Sequence record: PP681140.1 | Reading direction: 5' to 3' (one strand) | DNA from: Enterobacter phage EC152 | DNA: 64,000 nucleotides | In this document: one piece after another, positions 1-5,529 of the stretch | Numbering within the stretch: position 1 is the stretch's first letter | Layout of the letters: the number at the start of each line of letters is the position of its first letter | The notes under the pieces: generated by a model | What the model saw: the letters and a program-made list of their open reading frames with translations, nothing else | Told to the model about the DNA's origin: nothing | Databases searched by the model: none | Translations under genes and position numbers: made by a program

Positions 1-33
1 CAATGGTTAAAGCGCTTTTCTTTCAAAAACTGC

Positions 34-62
34 TTGACAATGAAATTTTTAAAGTGTAGTAT
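34..62 (+). promoter_or_regulatory. sigma70-like promoter (TTGACA-17 nt-TAGTAT)
   Basis: -35 TTGACA at 34-39, 17-nt spacer, -10 TAGTAT at 57-62, about 30 nt upstream of the RBS AAGGAGAA and ATG at 94. Confidence 0.5.
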
Positions 63-93
63 CACAACTCAATTTTACGCAAAGGAGAACTTA

Positions 94-705
94 ATGTCTG
101 ATTCTAAAACTGTAATTTCTGTAACTGAACGCGCTACCAAAGCTGTTGCAACTGCTGCCACTGGCCTGAGTAAGGTTGTTTCTGAACTGCAATCTCTGGC
201 TGAAGGTTCTGAGCGTATCAGTCAAGAAATTCAGTTTAAACAGCAAGAGCTTGGCAATATCGAAGTGCAGTTCAACGAAAAGCTGGCTGAAGAAAAATCT
301 AAGCTGAAGATCAAGGTTCTGGAAAATGAAGACGGTGTTCTGAACACTCTTCTGAAGGCTCGTGGCCTTGTAGCAATCGAGCCGGGTGTTGTTGATGGTC
401 TGCGTTACGAACTGTCGGCTGCTCAGAACAATAACGAAGATGCGATCACCGCCGCAGTAGATGCTGCAAAACGTTCTGCCGCTATCGAACTGAACGCTGT
501 TAAGTCCAATCTGGAATCAGCACACAAAGTTGCAATTGCCGAACTGAACGCCAATACTAAGGCAGACAAAGATCGTATTGCAATGCTGACCGAACAGCTT
601 GAAGCAGCCCGTGCAGACCTGAAGGCAGAACGCGAAACCCGTCTGGAAATCGCTAAAGCTGATGCGAATCGTCAAGGTGTTGTAGTCAACACTGGTAAAA
701 ACTAA
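94..705 (+). CDS. hypothetical Ala/Glu-rich coiled-coil protein (203 aa)
   Basis: Start moved to internal ATG at 94 (MSDSK...), preceded by AAGGAGAA at 5-nt spacing; heptad-like Ala/Leu/Glu/Lys-rich sequence; no recognisable catalytic motif. Confidence 0.6.
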   Translation: MSDSKTVISVTERATKAVATAATGLSKVVSELQSLAEGSERISQEIQFKQQELGNIEVQFNEKLAEEKSKLKIKVLENEDGVLNTLLKARGLVAIEPGVVDGLRYELSAAQNNNEDAITAAVDAAKRSAAIELNAVKSNLESAHKVAIAELNANTKADKDRIAMLTEQLEAARADLKAERETRLEIAKADANRQGVVVNTGKN

Positions 706-714
706 TACCGCTGT

Positions 715-732
715 GCCGACACGGATGTCGGC
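715..732 (+). terminator. stem-loop downstream of CDS 94..705 (GCCGACA-CGGA-TGTCGGC), weak U tract
   Basis: Perfect 7-bp inverted repeat right after the stop codon, followed by AAACATTT. Confidence 0.3.
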
Positions 733-782
733 AAACATTTGAAGTAAATTTAAAATTTAAAGTTCATTGAGAGGAGAATTAT

Positions 783-1430
783 ATGTCTACTAAGATTTCT
801 GTAACCCGCGCTCTGGCAACTCTGACCAAGGTTGAGGGTAAGATCGAAAAGCGTATCGACCAGTTGAACACTGTTCAGATCGCAAAAGGGACCGAAGACC
901 ACCGTTCGATCCCAGGTTCTCTGGTTAGCATTGCTGACTTCGAGACTTCTGCTAAGGCAGACTTCCAAGGCCTGCAAGACCTGCTGGCAGTACGTGATGA
1001 ACTGAAGGCGAAAGTTGTTCAGTCCAACGCAGTAACTCTTGTCACCGTTGGTGGTAAAGAGATGACGGTTGCTCAGGCAATTGAAGGCAAGCGCACAGTT
1101 GCTTACAAAGAACTGCTCCTGTCCAAACTGAAAGCGCAGTACAACTTCGCTCAGAAGCGCCTGGATAAAGAAGTCGCTGACTTCGAAACCAAGCTGGAAC
1201 AAGCCCGTGCTCCGTACATCAGTCGTGACAAAGCGCCTGATCCAGAGCAGATTAAGACGGTAGAAGGTCCGACCCGTCTGATGAGCACACCGTCTATCGT
1301 TGACCCACTGGGTCTGGCAGACGTAATCCGAAATCTGGAAACAGAGATCGAAGACTTCAAATCCAACGTTGACTTTGTGTTGTCCGAGTCCAACGCACGG
1401 ACTGAAGTAGAGATTGAGGGATCAATCTAA
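783..1430 (+). CDS. hypothetical protein (215 aa), coiled-coil rich
   Basis: ORF with strong RBS GAGAGGAGAA 7 nt upstream of ATG; no recognisable motif. Confidence 0.6.
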   Translation: MSTKISVTRALATLTKVEGKIEKRIDQLNTVQIAKGTEDHRSIPGSLVSIADFETSAKADFQGLQDLLAVRDELKAKVVQSNAVTLVTVGGKEMTVAQAIEGKRTVAYKELLLSKLKAQYNFAQKRLDKEVADFETKLEQARAPYISRDKAPDPEQIKTVEGPTRLMSTPSIVDPLGLADVIRNLETEIEDFKSNVDFVLSESNARTEVEIEGSI

Positions 1431-1438
1431 AATAACTT

Positions 1439-1470
1439 GAGGAATTATGAAAAACATCTTGTAATTCCTC
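1439..1470 (+). other. 9-bp inverted repeat hairpin (GAGGAATTA ... TAATTCCTC)
   Basis: Perfect 9-bp arms with a 14-nt loop directly after the stop of CDS 783..1430; no U tract. Confidence 0.3.
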
Positions 1471-1646
1471 TCGTTAACTGATAAAGTTTCAAAATGCTGT
1501 TTTTGGTTAGCGAAGTTGGAAACATCTTGCCTCTACCGAGGCCGGAGGTTAAACTGCCTCGAACTTAATCATATAGGATGATACTTAACGTATGTTTCCG
1601 CAGACCACAACTCTGCCGAAATTATCGAATCGCGAATTCGAAAGAC

Positions 1647-1681
1647 TTCAAAGTTCAACATTCAAAGATTAAAGTTCAAAG
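1647..1681. repeat. tandem heptamer array (TTCAAAG x5, imperfect)
   Basis: TTCAAAG TTCAACA TTCAAAG ATTAAAG TTCAAAG read directly in the 390-nt non-coding leader upstream of the tRNA array; a near-palindrome TCGAATCGCGAATTCGA lies just upstream (1625-1641). Confidence 0.5.
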
Positions 1682-1817
1682 CTTAATGTTTAAACTTGAA
1701 ACTTCTAAACCACAAAGCTAAAATTTCGTTGATTATTAAAATCCTGGGTCAAAGGTCCTTAGCTCACAAGATATGGCTAACCACACCTCCGGGCAGTTAA
1801 TCGGAAACAGCATTCTT

Positions 1818-1889
1818 GCTCCTAAAGCATAAGTGGCGATGCAGCGGCCTTGTAAGCCGAGGAAGTGGGTTCGATTCCTACTGGGAGCA
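1818..1889 (+). tRNA. tRNA-Thr (anticodon TGT), CCA encoded
   Basis: Acceptor GCTCCTA/TGGGAGC, D-stem GCAT/ATGC, anticodon loop CTTGTAA, T-arm GTGGG-TTCGATT-CCTAC, discriminator A followed by CCA. Confidence 0.55.
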
Positions 1890-1898
1890 CCAAACAAT

Positions 1899-1969
1899 TC
1901 GTTGATAGCCTTAGCGGTAAAGGCCCCCTCTGCGCAAGGGGTTCAGTGGTTCGAATCCACTTCAGCGAG
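1899..1969 (+). tRNA. tRNA, anticodon not resolved by eye (GCG or TGC)
   Basis: Acceptor TCGTTGA/TCAGCGA with one G-U, T-arm AGTGG-TTCGAAT-CCACT, discriminator G plus CCA; the anticodon arm can be folded two ways. Confidence 0.45.
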
Positions 1970-1974
1970 CCAAT

Positions 1975-2080
1975 GCAGGGTAGGCGGTTTGTCAACCGCG
2001 AGGTCCATCCAGACCTGAAAATAGCTCTCGGCTTGGAGTGGAGAGTGAATACATAGGTGGTTAGATTCCACCACCCTGCT
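1975..2080 (+). tRNA. tRNA-like element, non-canonical (106 nt, encoded CCA, about 38-nt extra arm, 6-nt anticodon loop)
   Basis: Perfect acceptor GCAGGGT/ACCCTGC, D-arm GCGG-TTTGTCAA-CCGC, T-arm GGTGG-TTAGATT-CCACC, discriminator T plus CCA; between them AGGTC-CATCCA-GACCT and a long insert containing a CTCTC/GAGAG hairpin. Confidence 0.3.
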
Positions 2081-2274
2081 CCAAAACATATTTTAAAGTG
2101 CATTAGCTCAGATTATTTGATTCACGGACTGATCATCTGTGAGGAGAATGAGCCTAACTGAATGGAGTTTCAACGACAAAGGCCACGTTGTTGTAACAGA
2201 AGTTCTAAGGTCGTAGAGCGCTGTTCGCGGAGAACAGAGGTCGGTGGAGTCACCATGCAGCTTAAAATATGTTT

Positions 2275-2349
2275 GCGCTCTTGGTCCAATCTGGTAGAGG
2301 CATGGGTGTTAAGCTCCCAGGGTTCCCGGTTCGAGTCCGGGAGGGCGCA
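2275..2349 (+). tRNA. tRNA, probable anticodon TAA (Leu-type anticodon on a class I, short-variable-arm scaffold)
   Basis: Acceptor GCGCTCT/AGGGCGC, T-arm CCCGG-TTCGAGT-CCGGG, anticodon loop GTTAAGC closed by TGGG/CCCA, discriminator A plus CCA. Confidence 0.4.
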
Positions 2350-2356
2350 CCAGATA

Positions 2357-2428
2357 CGGGGTATAGTCTAGAGGATAGGCAGGAGTCTTCTAAACTCCTT
2401 TACGTGGGTTCGAATCCTACTACCTCGA
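2357..2428 (+). tRNA. tRNA-Arg (anticodon TCT)
   Basis: Acceptor CGGGGTA/TACCTCG, D-stem GTCT/AGGC, anticodon arm GGAGT-CTTCTAA-ACTCC, T-arm GTGGG-TTCGAAT-CCTAC, A plus CCA. Confidence 0.7.
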
Positions 2429-2436
2429 CCACTTAT

Positions 2437-2507
2437 GCGCGGTTGCTGGAGTGGCAACAGCTTCGGCTGCAAACCGAATGTCAGGTGTTCGATTCACCTA
2501 CCGTGCT
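2437..2507 (+). tRNA. tRNA-Cys (anticodon GCA)
   Basis: Acceptor GCGCGGT/ACCGTGC, D-stem GCTG/CAGC, anticodon arm TTCGG-CTGCAAA-CCGAA, T-arm AGGTG-TTCGATT-CACCT, T plus CCA. Confidence 0.65.
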
Positions 2508-2549
2508 CCAAGTTGTTGATATTTTTTGCTATAAATGATAAAATAACCC

Positions 2550-2578
2550 TTGACAGAGATATTGAACTCTGATAACAT
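2550..2578 (+). promoter_or_regulatory. sigma70-like promoter (TTGACA-17 nt-TAACAT) for the AT-hook ORF
   Basis: Perfect -35 at 2550-2555, 17-nt spacer, -10 TAACAT at 2573-2578, 18 nt upstream of ATG 2597. Confidence 0.45.
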
Positions 2579-2596
2579 GAATAAGTGGGGTTAATT

Positions 2597-2962
2597 ATGG
2601 CAACAAAACAAGCACTTACCAAGCGTCGTAGAGGTAAGGGTCGTCCTTTAAAAGAGGAGTCTAACGCAATTCAGCTTGAGAAGAACATTCTTGACCTGAA
2701 AACAAAGATGATTGCTATGATCCCTGATGCACATATGGTCCTTCGTGATCTTATGATGAACAAGGATACTAAAGACAACATCCGTGAGAATATTGCTCGT
2801 TTCGTTATTGAAGAAGGTAAGCAAATGCTTTCTGATTACTTCGATGAAGAGAACGAAAATGAAGAAGAAACAAAGAACGTCGATGATGGTTCCGGAAAGG
2901 GCGCTGATAAACCAGTAGCAAAACCTTTCTCAACTGACATCGTACAGTTCAAACAAGGTTAA
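2597..2962 (+). CDS. small basic/acidic protein with N-terminal AT-hook-like motif (KRRRGKGRP), 121 aa
   Basis: ATG at 2597 in frame with track ORF 2585..2962; embedded in the tRNA array with its own promoter; C-terminus acidic (EENENEEE). Confidence 0.55.
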   Translation: MATKQALTKRRRGKGRPLKEESNAIQLEKNILDLKTKMIAMIPDAHMVLRDLMMNKDTKDNIRENIARFVIEEGKQMLSDYFDEENENEEETKNVDDGSGKGADKPVAKPFSTDIVQFKQG

Positions 2963-2964
2963 TT

Positions 2965-3049
2965 GGGGCGGTTCCCGGAGCGGCAAACGGGCGGGATTGT
3001 AAATCCCTTGGCATCGCGTCCTTCGTAGGTTCGAGTCCTACTCGCCCCA
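2965..3049 (+). tRNA. tRNA-Tyr (anticodon GTA), class II long variable arm
   Basis: Acceptor GGGGCGG/TCGCCCC, anticodon loop TTGTAAA, 17-nt variable arm, T-arm GTAGG-TTCGAGT-CCTAC, A plus CCA. Confidence 0.75.
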
Positions 3050-3058
3050 CCAATTAAC

Positions 3059-3130
3059 GGGAGTATAGCTCAGTGGTAGAGCAAACGGTCGATAACCGTT
3101 AGGTCGCTGGTTCAAGCCCAGCTACTCCCA
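3059..3130 (+). tRNA. tRNA-Ile (anticodon GAT)
   Basis: GGGAGTA-TAGCTCAGTGGTAGAGC..., anticodon arm AACGG-TCGATAA-CCGTT, T-arm GCTGG-TTCAAGC-CCAGC, A plus CCA. Confidence 0.8.
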
Positions 3131-3139
3131 CCAAACAAA

Positions 3140-3212
3140 GCGTTATTAGTGCAGTGGTCCAGCATCCCGTCCTTCCAAGTCGGTGACATCGGTTCGAATC
3201 CGATATAACGCT
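3140..3212 (+). tRNA. tRNA-Gly (anticodon TCC)
   Basis: Acceptor GCGTTAT/ATAACGC, anticodon loop CTTCCAA, T-arm ATCGG-TTCGAAT-CCGAT, T plus CCA. Confidence 0.7.
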
Positions 3213-3221
3213 CCAATTAAT

Positions 3222-3293
3222 GCTCCTATCGGCTAACGGTCAGGCCGCCAGACTTTCAATCTGGAAATCCGAGTTCGATTCTCGGTAGGAGTA
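3222..3293 (+). tRNA. tRNA-Glu (anticodon TTC)
   Basis: Acceptor GCTCCTA/TAGGAGT, anticodon arm CCAGA-CTTTCAA-TCTGG, T-arm CCGAG-TTCGATT-CTCGG, A plus CCA. Confidence 0.7.
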
Positions 3294-3303
3294 CCAAATT
3301 TGT

Positions 3304-3377
3304 AGGGACTTAGCACAATTGGCTAGTGCAGCGGATTCCAAATCCGCAGGTTCTGGGTTCGAATCCCAGGGTCCCTG
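3304..3377 (+). tRNA. tRNA-Trp (anticodon CCA)
   Basis: Acceptor AGGGACT/GGTCCCT, anticodon arm GCGGA-TTCCAAA-TCCGC, T-arm CTGGG-TTCGAAT-CCCAG, G plus CCA. Confidence 0.75.
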
Positions 3378-3386
3378 CCAAATTAT

Positions 3387-3509
3387 TTAGCTCTGTAGCA
3401 GGTAAATCGGGCCTGATACCTCTAAGTAGTGGTTGCAAACGCGAATGGGGTTTGAAGTGAGCGGTTACCACGTTCGACTCGTGGCGCTTCATTCTGTTGC
3501 AGAGCTAAG
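3387..3509 (+). ncRNA. structured non-tRNA element closed by a roughly 16-bp inverted repeat, containing a T-arm-like hairpin
   Basis: TTAGCTCTGTAGCAG (3387-3401) pairs with CTGTTGCAGAGCTAAG (3494-3509); internal CCACG-TTCGACT-CGTGG T-arm mimic flanked by GAAGTGAGCG/CGCTTCA; no acceptor/CCA arrangement consistent with a tRNA. Confidence 0.3.
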
Positions 3510-3517
3510 TGATTTTT

Positions 3518-3590
3518 AGGAGGATGGTGTAATTGGTTAGCACACGGGGCTTTGATCTCCGGAGTTAGGGTTCGAGTCCTTATCTTCCTG
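3518..3590 (+). tRNA. tRNA-Gln (anticodon TTG)
   Basis: Acceptor AGGAGGA/TCTTCCT, anticodon arm CGGGG-CTTTGAT-CTCCG, T-arm TAGGG-TTCGAGT-CCTTA, G plus CCA. Confidence 0.7.
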
Positions 3591-3664
3591 CCAAATTTGA
3601 GTGTTTTTGGGTTGAATGATGGATCAGCTATGCTGTGATGGCTTCAACAGGAGAACACTCATGT

Positions 3665-3738
3665 GTGGCTATATCATAACTGGATAATGACACTGCATGT
3701 GAGGCAGTTCTATGTCGGTTCGAGTCCGACTAGCCACC
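3665..3738 (+). tRNA. tRNA-His (anticodon GTG)
   Basis: Acceptor GTGGCTA/TAGCCAC, anticodon arm ACTGC-ATGTGAG-GCAGT, T-arm GTCGG-TTCGAGT-CCGAC, C plus CCA. Confidence 0.7.
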
Positions 3739-3745
3739 CCAATTT

Positions 3746-3820
3746 GCAGATACGAGTTAACCTCTAACTTCCCCCATGTTTCATGGGTTCTAGTCCAGGA
3801 TAACTTTTGTACGTATCTGC
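3746..3820 (+). other. 75-nt imperfect hairpin (GCAGATACG ... CGTATCTGC) between tRNA-His and tRNA-Ser
   Basis: 9-bp terminal inverted repeat with internal CCCAT/ATGGG stem; a tRNA fold fails (no T-arm). Confidence 0.3.
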
Positions 3821-3828
3821 CGCGAATT

Positions 3829-3917
3829 GGTGGAATGGTCGAGCGGTTAAAGACAGCACCTTGGAAAGGTGTCGGCCCCTTCACAGGGGTCCGTAGGTTC
3901 GAATCCTACTTCCACCG
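3829..3917 (+). tRNA. tRNA-Ser (anticodon GGA), class II
   Basis: Acceptor GGTGGAA/TTCCACC, anticodon arm GCACC-TTGGAAA-GGTGT, 20-nt variable arm with CCCCT/AGGGG stem, T-arm GTAGG-TTCGAAT-CCTAC, G plus CCA. Confidence 0.7.
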
Positions 3918-3935
3918 CCACTTTGAGGAGATGAT

Positions 3936-4091
3936 ATGCAAAAACTTTTGCGTTGTAAGAAGGTGTTTGGTCGTTGCAAGATTCATGGTAGTAACTGTGG
4001 TGTTGCAGACGAGATCCAATCAATCCCTATAACTCGTGCGAAAGAGAAAGCAGATCTTCGCAAAGAAATTAAAGAACAATTGGAAGATTAA
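3936..4091 (+). CDS. small Cys/Lys-rich protein, 51 aa (MQKLLRCKKVFGRCKIHGSNCGV...), below the ORF-track size cutoff
   Basis: ATG at 3936 with GAGGAG 5 nt upstream; C-x6-C-x5-C plus His spacing suggests a zinc-ribbon-like fold; basic, coiled C-terminus; the overlapping track ORF 3712..4032 is in another frame. Confidence 0.45.
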   Translation: MQKLLRCKKVFGRCKIHGSNCGVADEIQSIPITRAKEKADLRKEIKEQLED

Positions 4092-4174
4092 CCCTAACGG
4101 TAAGGGATCTCTTTGCTAAAGAGACAGTAGCCCCTGAAAAGGGGTGTGTCAGTTCAAGTCTGACATCTTCCTCC

Positions 4175-4260
4175 GGAGAGCAGGCTGCATGGTGCAGACT
4201 CCGGTTTGAACCCGGTCCCATCGTAGCGATACGGTGACAGTTCGATTCTGTTGCTCTCCT
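4175..4260 (+). tRNA. tRNA-Ser (anticodon TGA), class II
   Basis: Acceptor GGAGAGC/GCTCTCC, anticodon loop TTTGAAC, long variable arm, T-arm GACAG-TTCGATT-CTGTT, T plus CCA. Confidence 0.6.
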
Positions 4261-4268
4261 CCAAATAT

Positions 4269-4352
4269 GGGTTGGTAGCCAAGCGGCGACGTATGTCTAA
4301 GGCACTCGACTTTTAATCGAGGGATCGTTGGGTTCGAATCCCACCCGACCCA
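4269..4352 (+). tRNA. tRNA-Lys-like (anticodon TTT) with enlarged 20-nt D-loop carrying a mini-hairpin
   Basis: Acceptor GGGTTGG/CCGACCC, anticodon arm CTCGA-CTTTTAA-TCGAG, T-arm TTGGG-TTCGAAT-CCCAC, A plus CCA; 27 nt between position 9 and the anticodon stem against the usual 17. Confidence 0.45.
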
Positions 4353-4487
4353 CCATACAACGGGACGATAGTTTAATGAGGCTGGAAATGCGACGGCAAC
4401 CAGCGGAGCAGAATGACGGGCATCCAGGACCGTAGGTGAGGTGCAAACCCTCAGATCCCGCCAAATTGAAATAAGTTAAAATAATTC

Positions 4488-4516
4488 TTGCAAAAGGTTG
4501 TTTTCACTGATAAAGT
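4488..4516 (+). promoter_or_regulatory. sigma70-like promoter (TTGCAA-17 nt-TAAAGT) inside the tRNA array
   Basis: -35 at 4488-4493, 17-nt spacer, -10 at 4511-4516, 8 nt before the tRNA beginning at 4525. Confidence 0.4.
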
Positions 4517-4524
4517 AATTACAT

Positions 4525-4610
4525 GGTTCTTTGACCGAGAGGCCGATGGTAGCAGGCTGTTAACCTGCCGGGAGCAATCCCCGACGAAGGTTCGAATCCT
4601 TCAGGAACCG
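4525..4610 (+). tRNA. class II (long variable arm) tRNA with anticodon GTT (Asn anticodon), discriminator G
   Basis: Acceptor GGTTCTT/AGGAACC, perfect anticodon arm GCAGG-CTGTTAA-CCTGC, 17-nt variable arm with GGGA/TCCC stem, T-arm GAAGG-TTCGAAT-CCTTC, G plus CCA. Confidence 0.5.
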
Positions 4611-4618
4611 CCAAATTT

Positions 4619-4691
4619 GGAGATATAGTTTAAACGGATAAAATACACCCCTGTCACGGGTATGTTCCGGGTTCGATGCCCGGTATCTCCG
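4619..4691 (+). tRNA. tRNA-Asp (anticodon GTC)
   Basis: Acceptor GGAGATA/TATCTCC, anticodon loop CTGTCAC, T-arm CCGGG-TTCGATG-CCCGG, G plus CCA. Confidence 0.7.
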
Positions 4692-4817
4692 CCAAATTTG
4701 CAGAGTCGTACTAGCACTGGAAAGTCCTTCGGGATGTTGATACCTCTAGTTCTGCATTTAATTAGCTAGCCAGCAATACCAGTTGCAGTGTCTGGGACAA
4801 TTAAAATTCTGCACCTT

Positions 4818-4892
4818 CGGAGCGTAGCGCAGTCTGGTCAGCGTGGGTGCCTTGGATGCACTGGGTCGCAGGTTCGAATCCTGCCGCTCCGA
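4818..4892 (+). tRNA. tRNA-Pro (anticodon TGG)
   Basis: Acceptor CGGAGCG/CGCTCCG, D-stem GCGC/GCGT, anticodon arm GGTGC-CTTGGAT-GCACT, T-arm GCAGG-TTCGAAT-CCTGC, A plus CCA. Confidence 0.75.
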
Positions 4893-4900
4893 CCAATTTA

Positions 4901-4972
4901 GCAGGTATAGTTCAACGGATAGAGCATCAGTTTACGAAGCTGAGAATCGGGGTTCGAATCCCTGTATCTGCA
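4901..4972 (+). tRNA. tRNA-Arg (anticodon ACG)
   Basis: Acceptor GCAGGTA/TATCTGC, anticodon arm TCAGT-TTACGAA-GCTGA, T-arm CGGGG-TTCGAAT-CCCTG, A plus CCA. Confidence 0.75.
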
Positions 4973-4979
4973 CCAATAT

Positions 4980-5052
4980 GGGGCTGTAGTTTATTTGGAT
5001 AAAATCGCAGGCTTGCACCTTGCAGAACTGAGTTCGATTCTCAGTGGCTCCA
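4980..5052 (+). tRNA. tRNA-Ala (anticodon TGC), G3:U70 present
   Basis: Acceptor GGGGCTG/TGGCTCC with G3-U70, anticodon arm GCAGG-CTTGCAC-CTTGC, T-arm CTGAG-TTCGATT-CTCAG, A plus CCA. Confidence 0.8.
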
Positions 5053-5062
5053 CCAAATTAAG

Positions 5063-5086
5063 GCTTGGATTTCTTCGGACCCAAGC
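5063..5086 (+). other. UUCG-tetraloop hairpin between tRNAs (GCTTGG...TC-TTCG-GA...CCAAGC)
   Basis: 6-bp outer stem with an inner C(UUCG)G tetraloop; possible processing or stability element. Confidence 0.35.
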
Positions 5087-5090
5087 GCAC

Positions 5091-5164
5091 GGGCGATTGA
5101 TGGAATTGGTATACGTGTCGGATTTAGATTCCGAATTTTGGGGGTTCGAGTCCCCTGTCGCCCA
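5091..5164 (+). tRNA. tRNA with anticodon TAG (Leu anticodon) on a class I scaffold with 5-nt variable loop
   Basis: Acceptor GGGCGAT/GTCGCCC, anticodon arm TCGGA-TTTAGAT-TCCGA, T-arm GGGGG-TTCGAGT-CCCCT, A plus CCA. Confidence 0.5.
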
Positions 5165-5175
5165 CCACTTCTAAT

Positions 5176-5246
5176 GCTTCCTTAGTTTAATGGTAGAACC
5201 CTGTCTTTACACGGCAGTTGCGGTAGTTCGATTCTACCAGGAAGTA
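5176..5246 (+). tRNA. tRNA-Val (anticodon TAC)
   Basis: Acceptor GCTTCCT/AGGAAGT, D-stem GTTT/GAAC, anticodon arm CTGTC-TTTACAC-GGCAG, T-arm GGTAG-TTCGATT-CTACC, A plus CCA. Confidence 0.65.
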
Positions 5247-5256
5247 CCAATCTTAT

Positions 5257-5329
5257 GGGGTTGTAACTCAGTTGGTAGAGTGCCTGCCTGAAGAGCAGAT
5301 GGTCGGTGGTTCGAGTCCACCCGGCCCCA
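5257..5329 (+). tRNA. tRNA-Phe (anticodon GAA)
   Basis: GGGGTTG-TAACTCAGTTGGTAGAGT..., anticodon loop CTGAAGA, T-arm GGTGG-TTCGAGT-CCACC, A plus CCA. Confidence 0.65.
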
Positions 5330-5338
5330 CCAAATAAT

Positions 5339-5417
5339 TGCGTGTTAGTGAAACGGATATATAGATCACGTTGGCCTCATAAGCCGAAAATTGTGGGTTC
5401 GACTCCCATCCACGCAT
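5339..5417 (+). tRNA. tRNA (anticodon CAT; elongator Met or Ile2) with enlarged 14-nt D-loop
   Basis: Acceptor TGCGTGT/CCACGCA with one terminal mismatch, D-stem GTGA/TCAC with loop AACGGATATATAGA, anticodon arm TTGGC-CTCATAA-GCCGA, T-arm GTGGG-TTCGACT-CCCAT, T plus CCA. Confidence 0.5.
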
Positions 5418-5529
5418 CCAAAACAATGGGGTATCCAGGAGCAGTCCTGCACCGTAAGAGTCCCTCAGTAGGGAACACCCCACCATATTCTAATAATAAT
5501 AAATATTCAATCTCCTCTCCTTTGCCTCG

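Noticed and set aside
2101-2270. Possible intron-containing tRNA (5' half GCATTAGCTCAG..., 3' part GTAGAGCGCTGTTCGCGGAGAACAG...)
   Set aside because: No sequence complementary to the 5' acceptor strand could be found downstream and T-arm pairing fails; left as an unresolved tRNA-fragment-like region rather than called as a gene.
1822-2538. Short ORFs (61-93 aa) on both strands across the first tRNA cluster
   Set aside because: They overlap well-folded tRNA genes; no RBSs.
3310-4032. ORFs 3310..3492(-), 3669..3884(-), 3712..4032(+)
   Set aside because: Overlap tRNA-Trp/His/Ser genes; the plausible small gene in this region is the different-frame 3936..4091 ORF with a proper RBS.
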